Positions 25,360 through 37,677 of a stretch of DNA of 64,000 nucleotides are shown one piece after another. The position numbers and the translations under genes are program-made. Below the pieces are notes generated by a model. That model saw only the letters and a program-made list of their open reading frames with translations, was not told the DNA's origin and did no database searches. Every line of letters begins with the position of its first letter. The stretch's first letter is position 1. Origin of the DNA: Lepidodermella squamata (lineage: Eukaryota; Animalia; Gastrotricha); NCBI GenBank assembly GCA_047495785.1, contig JBLDXI010000030.1:682001-746000 (forward strand), written 5' to 3'.

Positions 25360-26670
25360 CTTACGTTAGTAGACGAGCAACCAGCCAAGCGCGCTTCGAT
25401 GTACAGGGTCCTCCTGTTACCGGAACCAAATTTACGCTGAGCCGTTACTCAACCAAGTCTCCGTAAATGTGCTTTAGCTAACAACATTCTGTGGATTCTA
25501 TAACTGCAGCTATACAGCTTCAGTTATACGGCATCACACGAAAATAAAATTGAAGGCGTGCGGAAGTTGGTGTTTTTTATATAAATCATGCATGCGTGGG
25601 TAGCGAAAGTTTTTTTTGCTACGAGTGTAGGTTTATATGTATGCATGCATATTCTTAACAAACAGTTTCACGAGCGTGCACGCTTGCCGATTTTTAAGAA
25701 TGACGAAAATCATCAGATGTCAGAAATAGTTTTCTTTTCCCTAAACATGAAATATATGTAACATCATCAGACCATTATTAACGCATAGGCTTGGAGGTCT
25801 TGAAGGCCCGAAACTAGAGAAATGTCCATAAAATATTGAATGTTCAGACATTATAACAATTCATCAGTTACCCTTTCAGGCTTTGCGGCAAAAAGAATGA
25901 GCCGATTTGCTCATTTCTGCGTAAGTTTTAGGATTCTTGTTTACTATTTGTTGTTGCGCTCAATTCCGGGCCCATATTAGTTCCGTCCAGTCGGAGGGTA
26001 AAAGTGGACTTATCGCAAAACGCGCAAAACGCGCAAAACGCGCAGAAGTCGAAATTTTTAGAAATTTCAAGGCCGCGTGCGGTAAAGTCAAAGGTCGAAA
26101 GTTTTTATTATTTAGGCGGTTTTTATACCAAAAGAAAGTTCAGAAAATTCTCTGTAGAATAGTTATCGTCCGGTGGTACAAAAATTATCGATACAATAAT
26201 ATTGTACTGGCCAAAATACAAATAACAGACGTTTAAGGTGGATATTTTTAATTTTATTTGTCAAATTGCTTAACTCTACCACTCGCCCCCTGACTGTACT
26301 AGCCAAAATATGTTTCTTATTTCTTAACTAGTTTTGTTTTAATAAATAAGGAAAAGCCCGGCATTTTTGCTCTAAGAGATGCAAATCATTATTGCAGTAT
26401 CATTACTTTATTGAAATTTTCAAAACTTTCAAAACGTATGGCATCGTGGCAAAGGCGTGGCAGGGCGGAACTGAAAGAGGGTGATGAAGTCGTCCCTATT
26501 TCCGTTCGACTCAGCTACTAGCTTGTATTGTTGATTGCTCGCGTTGGGATCATCAAAAGGCTGCTCCATCTCCGAACTATAAGAGAGCATGGGCGAGGCT
26601 GCTCCTCCAGCTTCAAGATTCGGTAATTGAAAAGAGCATTCATTTACGCACCGCCCTTTCTGGTATTACT

Positions 26671-26920
26671 TCAACTAGTCCACCAGGTAAATTTCCGCAC
26701 GCAGTGGCCGGAGAGAATTTTCTTAATCCCGGCTTTCGACACTGCGTTCTTCACCAAAGCGTCGATGGAATGCTCGCCCAACTTCACCCTCTTGTAGAGC
26801 GCTCTTTTGATCCTATTCGCAGTTCGGAATTGAAAAAACCGATTGTTAGACGCGGACAGCGTTGTAGTCCAGCAGCAAGACCAGCAACAAGACACAATCA
26901 ACAGCCTGGAACAGTGTACG
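26671..26920 (-). pseudogene. Degenerate tyrosine-recombinase (Crypton/DUF3504-like) C-terminal fragment
   Basis: NNRFFQ...LYKRVKLGEHSIDALVKNAVSKAGIKKILSGHCVRK resembles the LGxN...AG...(T/S)xHSxR box; frameshifted upstream and stops soon after the HxxR motif. Confidence 0.4.
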
Positions 26921-27214
26921 CTCTTGGTCCGCTTCTTCATCTTCTTCTTCAGCTTCGGAGCCACGGGTTCCAATGAGGCGGGGCGTCCCATATAAGCAAT
27001 TTTCCGTGAAAGCAACCGCAAAAATGATGCGTGAATTAAATCGCGGTATCGAAAAATGAATAAATAGCAATGATTTTTGTAAAACGTTAGTGAAAATATT
27101 AGGATGGATTTTTTAATTTTAGAAATTCACCCTTGCTGTCTAGCTATCCTACCCGGTCCGGCTCGTTTTGTCCCACCGAACGATAACATACATAGTGGAT
27201 TCGCGTCGAACATA

Positions 27215-27619
27215 ACGTTCCTGGTCAACGCACGGAATTTAGAGTGCACGTAAAACTTTTTTATTTTAATTTTTTCGAGCGAGAACCCCCATATTCAATC
27301 GATAGAGAATTGTCTGAATTATTTTTTGGTACAAAAACCGACGCGATATTTGAAAGTAACCCTTTAGCATCTTTGCGCGCGGTTTTAAATTTGTTAAAAA
27401 TCATTCAACTTATGCGCAAAAGCCAAGTCCTGATTTTTAACAAATTTAAAACCGCGCGCAAAGATGCTAAAGGGTTACTTTCAAATATCGCGTCGGTTTT
27501 TGTACCAAAAAATAATTCAGACAATTCTCTATCGATTGAATATGGGGGTTCTCGCTCGAAAAAATTAAAATAAAAAAGTTTTACGTGCACTCTAAATTCC
27601 GTGCGTTGACCAGGAACGT
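27215..27619. repeat. Perfect inverted repeat, 189-bp arms with a 27-bp spacer
   Basis: 27215-27403 is the reverse complement of 27431-27619; the same peptide appears on both strands in the ORF track. Confidence 0.95.
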
Positions 27620-28746
27620 GCACACGCGTAAATGAAAAGTTGGAGTGCTCGTAAAACCTGTTAATTCAAATTTTTCTCGCAAGAAACCCATATTCATTTG
27701 ATAGAGAATTATTTAAGCTTCATTTTGGAATAAAAACCGCTAGGATATTCGAAAATAGCCCTTTGACATCAGCGCGCGCGGTCAAAATGTTGTTTAAAAT
27801 TTCGACTTGGCATTTTGCGCCAAGTCCACTTTTACCCTCCAATTGGGCAACCGACGCTTGGGGGCCGGACGGAATTGGCAACAGCAGCAGCAAAGCTGCC
27901 GCAGTAGCGCCGGGGGGAACCTTTGAGACTGACGACTGACGAGAACAATGATGGTAGTTCTACCTGTAAACTATCGGGTTAGGCCTGAATCGAGCCTGCT
28001 GTAATCTCTATGCATGCCAAGACCAAGATTCACCGCAACCTTTCAATAACCTCACGCAACGGCACCACTTAGCGGAAGGCGTTACCTCCCAAGGTTACCT
28101 CATAGCAGCGTTGAATACGCCACACAAACTCGCTTGGCAAGCGACAGCAGTGCTCGAGGGCGGAGACTCTGGCGTAGTAGTTGTAGGATGGACTCTCAAG
28201 ATGGCGTCCTGCGCCGTGCCAAAGGTGCTGGGCAAACGGAGGAGACCGCAGTTGTGCACATTATGCACATTGTGCACGGATTCAGGTGGCTCGTGCCGGA
28301 ATTGTGGACTTTACATATAAAACGCATTGCTTTATCCGGACTTCGTAATCCGGACGTTTACATAAGTCGGACCATTTTTGACCGGTTTTAAGGTTTAAAA
28401 GTCCGGATTATGGACAAAAATTAAGACTAAAACGCGCGCAAACGCGCCTAACAGCGGGCGCCACTTAGAGCATGCGGATGATGTGACTATGATTAGTCAC
28501 TCACAGACGCGGATACACACTCTCACTCGCTCACACACGTGGCTCGCGCAATAAATTTACGAACACGCACGAAATAAATTTCTTAACGCTGCTTCAAATA
28601 TCTTGAAAAACTTTATAAGCGCAACTAAGCACTCATCTCTACATGCCACCTAAGAAAACAGTAACGACCAAGGCCACCTCCCGCCGCGGTCCAGGTACCG
28701 ATTCAAAAATCGTTGAGGTCATCCTAGCCGAGGCTAATCTTGAAAG

Positions 28747-28902
28747 CAGTGCGCGAAGTAGGATCCTCGAACTAGGGGGTATTTTCGGGCCCCAATTTTA
28801 TGACCAAAGGGTCCCCCCTGTGGTTTTTTGGCGGTTTTTCCACTTTGGCGTGCCGAACTGGGGGGTACGATACCCCTCATTCCCCCCGTACTTCACGCCC
28901 TG
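28747..28902. mobile_element. hAT-like MITE, family 1
   Basis: CAGTGCGCGAAGTA...TACTTCACGCCCTG with perfect 8-bp TSD CTTGAAAG (28739-28746, 28903-28910). Confidence 0.88.
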
Positions 28903-29397
28903 CTTGAAAGTGAACAATCAATCTATGCGAAGAATTCAGTGCATTCAGTTCGCTCCGTCCTTGTCCGACTATTGGCTCAGTTCTGCTAGACCGAATCGAA
29001 GCTTTGTTAGTGGTAGAAACATCGTCTAACGCGAAAGTCCAAACTGACATTAGATCATATTTTAACTAACATAATTTAATCCTTGTAAATAAAATGGTAA
29101 TTATTATATGGCCCGGACGAGCTGCGGCGCGGTAGTTTAGCAAGGTACCATAGTTTCGTCACGTAGCTTGCTCCCAGTACGATACGGCTGTAATGTAAAG
29201 GGTGGTTAACTAGTTTTAGATCAAAAAGCCAAAACTGAATAATTAATGGAGTGGACGACAGGCGTGCATAGACTGTGTGCACACTGGCGGCACTGGTGGT
29301 GTCTTCTGCCAAATTGTCGCTCAAGGGTATGTTGGATTTTCACTGCCGTTTGCCGAGTTGTCGTTTTCGATCGAATAAAACAAATATTGTCGAATTG

Positions 29398-29630
29398 GGC
29401 ACACAGTAGTTCAGTGGATAGCTGTCTGCTGGGCATTGAGCGTCAAGATCGATGGGCATGAGTTCGATCCCCACCCGGGTCGACCACGATTATCAATGAC
29501 GCCCTGCCCCAACGGTGGCCGACGAATTCATCGTGTTACAAAAGTCAAAAGTGGTAGATTGGGAATGTCAGCAAGACTGCACCAATCGCTACCTATCTGC
29601 CCTCAAGAGACCCCAACAAGCGACCCTAAG
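29398..29630 (+). mobile_element. tRNA-derived SINE-like element (3' end uncertain)
   Basis: Pol III A box TAGTTCAGTGG (29407-29417) and B box GTTCGATCC (29462-29470); no paired acceptor stem. Confidence 0.55.
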
Positions 29631-31136
29631 AGCGCATGAGACGTAGGTAGGACGCCGCAGCTTGAACTCCGCCATGCAAACGGGGGTGTCATGCTGGTCT
29701 CATGCATGAATATTCAAGAATATTCTTATACTGTAAAAATTAAAATTTCAGGGTTTAAAAATAAAAGAAAATTGAATAATCCCTAAATTTTTTATAAATT
29801 AAAGCGTCAATTTCAAAAAGGAGAAGAAATGTTCCGGTTCCATAGTTACCAAGCTGGATCCAGGTTCCAGCCTCGGAGAAGATTTCGAAGTTTCTGAATG
29901 GTCTAGGAATAGTCACGGAAAGGTCTAGGCTGGATACAGTTTTTCAGGATTTCCTGATTAAAATCCAGGAAACGATTCAATTTTCATTAAAATGCGAAAG
30001 TTTCATGTATGTTGCGCAACTTGAAGAGAGAACACAGCTTGAGTAAAAGTGTTAGTTCTCATTTTAGAACAATAATTTTCGTCTTTTTCTACTCGAAATC
30101 CGAGCGTAATAAAGCCTCTTTTAAGGCTGACTGGTGTAAATTCCGACCCGGGTGTTACATGGCTGGTTCTTATACAAGTTTTGGTCAAAATCACCGGCCT
30201 TTGCCATTCTTACCGTTTACAGTTACTGGCACTTTTACAGACGACTTTCTTGAAAAAATCTAGTGATTTATCGATGGATTCTGGTAATCATTCTTGAACC
30301 GAAGTTGGCCTACTTGACAAGTTCCAGTTCACCTTGTTCCTCTGCTGGGCTTCATTTTTCACCATCTAAATTGATAGAGCGAGCTGGAATGGACCTGAAC
30401 TTGGCCCTGGTCACGTTAAAATTCGATTTATTTAGATTTTTTATCAATTTATTTACTTGAAATTTTTTGATGGAAAATGTTCTGTAGGCGGGAGCTTCTG
30501 CCGGATTTTTCAATTTTACCTGGTCCTATTTTCAATTTAGAAGAAAATTTATTGAAGTTGGAACTGAAGAAGATTCAAGAATGAGAGGGTTCCTCTCAGT
30601 TATTGTCGTGGCAATTGTCCTTGCAAACTCTCGTCTGGAGTTATTGGATGACAGCCTGCTGTTGAATCTACTATCGTCAACCTTCGACTGGTCAATTTAC
30701 TTTCCTAAATTACCAGTCTTTTGCCTGGGAACATTGGCATGGTGGGTCCTGAGCGACCCAGCCGAACGGCGACGTTGTGGCCATCATTAAGGTGGCTCTT
30801 TCGGCGAAGTACCGTGAAGATTTGATTACTTTCAAAAAGCTAGATGATGTGGCAAATCGTATGGGCGGCGAGTTGAACAAAATCAAAGAAAAATCGATCA
30901 TTCTCCCGACTTTGTGCCGCCTCAAATACATCTTGGCACGAAGAACCGTGAGATTTTATCGCGAAAAATTTGGAGCATCCTCCTTATCACTGCGTTCAAG
31001 TCTAAAGCAAATTGAAAAAAGACTAATAATTTTCCGTTTTATTTTTGACGATTTTAGACCCAAAAGCCAAAACTATTTGATATAATTAACAGCGTGCGCG
31101 AATGGCGTGCATAGATTGTGCGCACACTGGCGGCAT

Positions 31137-31168
31137 ACAAACAAACAAACAAACAAACAAACAAACAA
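31137..31168 (+). repeat. (CAAA)n microsatellite
   Basis: Direct reading of the sequence. Confidence 0.9.
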
Positions 31169-31433
31169 CTTGTCAACTCACAAACGGTGACAGTATGGGG
31201 GTTCCCCCCCGGCACTAATATGGGCCCGGAATTGAGCTGTTGTTGCGCTACTTCATCAAAAATTGTCACAACTTCTTCATCGGACTTCTTATATGTAAGG
31301 GTCAACACCAAGGGTCAACACCAGGTCAAGTCAATTCGACCGGGCTCGACGTTGGCATTTCGGAACAAACATGGCTTCACTTCAACGGGACTTTAACCTA
31401 TTCAACCTTCAACTGCACGAATAAGTTAACAAA

Positions 31434-32486
31434 TGACGGGGAACTCCCGTTGTCGTAGGCCGTGTTCGGTCTGTCGGTCTGTCGGTCTGTCGGTCGTCAA
31501 GGAGGATAGTGGGGTACCTATAAAAAATAGCGGTGTAGTCACAGTTACCCCATGCAGGCTGTATTCCGTTTAGGTGTATCGTGTTGTTAGGTGTATCGTG
31601 AAGGAGGATAGTGGTGTACGTAAAAAAAACAGACTGTCCAACTGTCTCACAACCATCGACTTATTGTTATTACTGAAGAAGGATGTAAAAGGCGTGTTCA
31701 AGATTGCCACACGGCGACGTGCGAAAATCTTCACGCCATCTTCACGCTCTCCATGTAACGTGCTATTCGTATAGCACAAACATCAGACGACGAATCTACA
31801 CGGTAAAATACTACAGTCCTGTGCAGTCGCCAACCGATGCCGCGTGTGCCGCTGTCGATAACCGCGTTGTGCGCACGACATCAACGCGCAGCATCCGATG
31901 ACATGCTGACTCTCGTGACATGGCGTCATAAATCGTCTATCACCTGTTTTCAATCCTCCAATGAAAAGTTCCCGTACATATGCAATTCGTACTATTTTAG
32001 CATGTACGACTGGCAACTTTTGACCTGAGACTAACGGCAAAAGCACATTCCCAGACCCGCTCACGTTTTCGTAAAAACTTTTACGCTATGCGCTATGCAT
32101 GTGCGCTATTTTTACCGAATAACAAGCAAATGTTACTACCGCGTAGATATTCAAATTCGTGATTTGTAGCTCGAATTGAAGCCCACCTGAGCAACGATAC
32201 ATTAACTTGCAACCCATCTCGAATAACAGCTCGGCCTGCGTGATATGGACCCTGATGCCAATAAGTGTAGGTGGCGCTTACGGAATGACTCTCAAATGAA
32301 TGATCATCTCCATCCCGTCGTCGCCGTCGTCGCCGTCGTCGCGCATGGGTGACACGATACGTGGTTATGCGCAAAGCTGGGCAGCAAGTCACGGATGTGC
32401 AAGAAAGTTATACTTAGGTCTTAGGTTAGGCATGTTCAAGGTCACACGTGCCCACGTGTTCGAGAAAGTCACGGAGTTCCCCGTCA
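31434..32486. mobile_element. Non-autonomous element with 14-bp inverted repeats and an internal (CGGTCTGT)n satellite
   Basis: TGACGGGGAACTCC at 31434-31447 and inverse at 32473-32486; (cggtctgt)3+ at 31467-31494; ttagg repeats near 32414-32430; no TSD found. Confidence 0.45.
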
Positions 32487-32759
32487 ACTGTCAAAGGCCG
32501 CAGGCCGACAGTGGTAATTCAGCCATAGAGAAATTAAATTTCCCAATGGCTAAAGTTTACCATGCGCATGTAGGAATAGGAATAAAACATCTGCGAGGGA
32601 CTGGCGAAGGCAATTAGCAACCATGAGCAAAATTAATTTATTTTCAAAACATTGATTACTTAGTATTGATGGTTGGAATGAAATTAGATGAAAAATTCCT
32701 TGCGCGAGTTTCATGCAAAAACTCAAAAATAAATAATTGTCATAATTTTTATTATTGAT

Positions 32760-35700
32760 TCAAGCTGCCGTGTCCCTTGTCGATCTTCTTTGCTGCCTCG
32801 GAGTTGTCAAATCCGCGTTTTGCCCAGACCGCCTTGGGCTCAACACATTTTGCGGAGGGGTCGCCGGTCCCCTACTGCCCTGATGCGATAGATGATGCCG
32901 GCTATTTGTTGCAACGTCATCGATCATCGAATAATTGCTTCCGCTGGGTTGTTGACTTTGCCGCTCGCTCTCATTCAAGTAACGGGTCTCGGATCTCAGT
33001 CGAGGAGGTTGGGATTCAACGATAACTGGTAACGGTCCTGGGTCCACAGCAATCGGTTGTTGAGACTGGCTCCGTCGAGCAGCTGAGCTTGACCTCCTCA
33101 TCTCCCTCGACTCTTTTCTCGAAGATTTAGATGCCGACCTCAAATCAGGAACTGGAGCGTTTAGTTCAGAATTAGTCTCATCAGCAGTTAGAGATGGAGT
33201 TATCTCTCGAGATTCCTTAATGAAGCGACGCAATAGCCGCAACTTGGCCACATCTTCGAATTCATCAACAATCTTCTCGCGACGTGGTGATCCAGCGGCG
33301 TTGCTCATTATTTCAGCGTCCTCCCGGATCGGGTACAGCGGTTTCTGTTTTCGAACTACATCTCCCTCTAATGAAGAGCCGGAAGTTGATGACGCCTTTT
33401 CCACCTTAATTGCAGGAACAGGTTTTGTAACCGTGACGTAGTAGTACTCCTTTTCCTCCTCTTTCGTCTCGGTTTTGATGTTCATCATTTCGCAGCAAGT
33501 TTTCGAAATCGGCCCAAACTGACACAGAGCTACAGGTAGAATGATCATCATGAAGAAGATCCCAGAGCAAACAGCGATGAAGAAAACCCGAAAGAATGAG
33601 TACAAGGTGTAATTGGGCGATGCAGACAGGACAATAACAGATAAAATGGTGCCGCAAGCAGCTGGCCCTGTCTCAGCTATCAGCTCGCCCAGCAGATGCC
33701 TCGCCTTCCGATAACGGATCACAGAAGCTTTCAAAGGCAATTCATCTCCAGGCTCGGATTCGACTTCAATCACAGTGAACGTGTAGATGCAGTGGCAAAT
33801 GTAGTCCGAAGTCGCGCCAACTGACATTAGGATCCAAATCAAAGTGACTGGGTCGAGACTCAAGTCCCACAGCGTCATTCCAGCTAGAGTGAACACCATA
33901 TTAGCCAGGGTCGGAACTGTCATCCAGAAAATGCAAATTGGGTGAGGAATCATGATCAGGGAAGTCACGACTGTCGCTGCTACGGTGATTAGCGAAAAGT
34001 ACACGAATTGGTACGGCAAATTGACGACTTGATCGAAGAATCTTAACATCTTAGTCGGATCGGTTAGGTACATGTGGAAGCCGGGTTCTTTCTCATAGCC
34101 GCCTTGGAGATCTTTCAGGCGTTCTGCCAACTCAGCCCCTCGCTTCAACTCACCTACATTCATCATCTGGAAGATGTTCAAAGTAACGATGCGCTCGTCA
34201 TCTCGACCAACACCAACGATCCTCGGTTTGCGGCCCACGTCATCGGTTTTATCGGCAATGTACTGAACAGCAGCCACGAAATCGTCTGTTAGGTTGTACG
34301 GGACCTTGACGTCTCTGAAAGGGACCCGATTGAGCTTGGGTCCCCAAATGTAAGTGTCGTAAGACTCGATTTTCCCAGCAATTTCAACAATTCTCTCCCG
34401 GATTTTCGTGAAGTTTCTGTCGTAATTCAGGGTTTCGAAATCGAGCAGCATTTGAACTTGAAGCGGCTCCACAAAGTCTCGGAAATACTTCCAATCAGCT
34501 AGTTTGTACGGGTAGGTATTCGACCTCACGTTAGCCATTCTAGCTGGGTGGAAACCGATGGAAATCTGCGTCCAAATAACGAAAACCGCGAGGGAAAGCA
34601 GCACAATCAGCGTGATGAAGACAATGACTCGAGAGATAGGGTGCAATAACTTTGGTGCCACGTGTTTTGATGCCAAGAATTTACCGCTGGAGAATTCTGT
34701 GTCATTTTCAAGGTCTTCGTGTTGAACTTGGTATTCGGTTGACTCGTAAATTGTAGAGACATTAGATTTTGTATCAGTCACCACGTTTGCGTAGACAACG
34801 GGCTCTGGCTCTTTTGACACAACTTCATCTGTTGGGGGTGGATCTTTCTTATCCTTTTCCAATCGGCCATAGCTGCAGCATAAAACTTGACAGTCGGACA
34901 TTTCCAAAATATCTTAAATTCATACAAAATGTTTAGAAAGAATTATAATAAAATATAAATCCTCACTTTCATGTGTTCGTTTTGGAACAGGCAAGCAGCA
35001 GCAACAGCACGAATGGAATTTGCCCTTATCTCCCTTATCCGACATGACGACCAATGCGACGTAGATTGTCATTTGAAGGACAAAATCGTATCCCAACACG
35101 AACAGCGCGAATTCCGAGTAGGTATTTATTGCAGGGAAAGGCGCAGATGTGCTGATGACAAAGTCCAATTGCGTCATAATGACGGTGACAAAAATTGACG
35201 TGCCGCCCTCAAGCATCATCAGCTTGGCTCTTTCTTCTCGCGGGAGCCGAGGATCAGTATTGTCCCATGCGTTGATAAGAATGAACATGTCATCAAGACC
35301 GATAGCTGCAAAAAGACAAAAAATCAGTAAATTTCGAAAAAATTCCCAAATATTGTCCAATTATTTTCCAATGTTCCAAATAATTTCTTAACGTTTGAAA
35401 AAAATTCAAATTTTTGAAAATTATTCTAAAAAATTTTAAAAAGCCGAAACTCAAAATAATGGGAAATAACAGTTTTTTAAGAAAATTCTGGAAAGAAATC
35501 CACAAAATTCTCTTACCAAGGGCCATGAGAGGGACAGCCACCAAGAAAGTTTGCATAGCGTCACCAAAGTAAAACCTGCACCCGAAGCCAGCACCACACG
35601 ATGTAAGGGTGCACATGATGCCAGCAATGCCGTGCCACGGTTTCGAATTGACAACATCACTGTTCAACGCGCCGACCATGCACCAAATGAAGACGCACAA

Positions 35701-37677
35701 AAAGGTGATGCCAACTTTGGGCAGTTCTTGAAAATAAATCAGCCGATTGAACTCTTCATCCGTCTGGCCGTTGATCTCCCAGTACACGTTGATGTACTTA
35801 AGCTCTTTGTTAACTTCGCGCAGAAATTTTGACAGCTTTTTCTCGCTTTCAAACGTTTCGTCGATCCACGGTAGGTTGTAGTAGAAGTACATGGCTTTGA
35901 TCTTGCTAACTAGCGAGTTGTAGCCGTTTTTATCGTCGGTTCGAACAACCCCGCCTAACATGTTCGAAAAACTAGTCTCGCCTGGTAATCGGTAATCAGC
36001 CGGGTACGTGACGGATTGTAGGAAAGATGACATTTCGTTCACGTCTGTGAACATGGTCTGAGTTGTGGTCACTTTGTCGATAATTCCAGCCTTCAGAAAA
36101 GTTAACAACAATAAACAAATTAAATATGACTGGAGGTTCACTCACGTCCTTTTTGAATTTTTGAACACCTTGCGCGACTTCATACTGCAAATACAATATT
36201 TTTATAAATTAATAATAAGGAAAAAAGTTAAATTGTCAAAAATAATTCTATACCAATTTCAAAAATTAAAGATTAAACTTACGAAATATACATTTTAAAC
36301 GAACCAAATAAAAAATCCAAAATATTAGATTAATTTAATTTAAAAAAAATAATTGAAAAATTCCGCTGAATTGTGAAAAATTGATAGAATTAAAATCTCT
36401 GAATCGAAATTGACCTTCATTCGAAGAATGTCTCTAGCTTCACAGCAATACAGCCTGGTAGCCTGGTTTGTACCATCGTCCAAATCACAGCGTAACAGCT
36501 CGCGAATCCTATATACCAGTGAAAACATCTCCATAATTGTTTCGTAATGAATCAGCGTATCGCTTTTCGCTTCGACTATCATCCCCTCCCATCGCCAGTT
36601 GTCCCACCGTTCGCAATGGAAAGGATTCGGGTCACTTTCGACAGCTCGCCTTCGCCTTATTTTCGCTTCCTCTCTTTCCTTCTCTTTTTGCTTCGCTCGT
36701 TGTAGGACATCGCGCTTCCATCTCGTCGATCTAAATGACAATTATTGAAACATTTAGGCTCCTGGGTCTTGGGCTTCAAAATTTAAATTTTTAGACGCTG
36801 GCCATAATATAGCTGACCGCCTATAATTTAACGATATCTAGAAAATCGAAAGCTAAAGCTCCATGATTTTTAGGAAATTGTCAACAAATTAGAGTAAAAA
36901 TAATTTTCACAAAAGAGTCTGAGATTTTTTAATTAAAATCCTAAATTTTCCACAAAAATTTGAAAATAATATAAATTCTGAAAAAATGTTTTAGATTAAT
37001 TCCTTGAAATTAAAATAAAAATTTCAAGAATTTTAAAAATTCATATCCTGTTTGGAATTAAAAAAAAAATAAAAAATATTTTCTAAAATGCACTTGAAAT
37101 TTTGTGAATAATTTATGTTTTTCAGTAAATTCGAAGAAAAATTATGGAAATTTTACTTTATATCGGCGTCGGGAGGGTTGACGAGGGCAACAGTCTTATT
37201 GACCCGCCAATAGTACCATCCGGTCGCGTTGAAAAAATCATCGACAACAGCATCGTCGATAAGATACCGGCTATCAACTTGAACAAATTGATTGACAAGA
37301 TCGCCGTTTGTTATCGCGAATGTAATCTTAGTCAGACCGCTGAGACCAGCAGCGGCCAGGCCAATGCCGAGCAGCATGAACAGCCACGGCACCTTACCCA
37401 TCATATAGCCATAGCAGCCGAAGCACCACGACACAAAATCTGGGATGATTCGATAGGAAAATGACGGGAGAGCCGGCCAGCCGTATTGGTGATGGCCATG
37501 CTGGTGGGTGTTGCGATGCTTCTTCTTCTTCTTAGATGACTGGCTTGATTGAGATTTAGCATCGGCGTCATTTTCAACGGCTTCGATTATCACAAAATCA
37601 GCAGCACTGTTGAGCTCTCGCTGCTTCGAGCGGATGGAACTGACTGAGTAAGAACTAGCTATCTTAGCCGTGAACAT
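32760..37677 (-). CDS. Patched-related SSD/RND membrane protein, paralogue 2
   Basis: Same exon layout and motifs as paralogue 1; start MFTAKIASS at 37677. Confidence 0.88.

Larger units (their letters stand above)
25988..27845. mobile_element. Foldback-like element nested in the left TIR of the outer element
   Basis: ggagggtaaaagtggactt near 25993 and its inverse aagtccacttttaccctcc near 27822-27840, with diverged inverted similarity over roughly 170-200 bp. Confidence 0.65.
25958..31237. mobile_element. Non-autonomous TIR DNA element with a 9-bp TSD (Mutator-like), carrying nested insertions
   Basis: Perfect 24-bp TIR GCTCAATTCCGGGCCCATATTAGT (25958-25981; inverse 31214-31237); TGTTGTTGC at 25949-25957 and 31238-31246. 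Confidence 0.75.

Noticed and set aside
27244-27623. Two ORFs with identical peptides on opposite strands
   Set aside because: By-product of the DNA palindrome; non-ATG starts and no coding features.
29398-29490. Functional tRNA gene
   Set aside because: Acceptor and anticodon stems do not pair; treated as a SINE-like head.
29990-31090. Transposase of the outer TIR element
   Set aside because: All frames are interrupted and no DDE or zinc-finger motif is recognisable.
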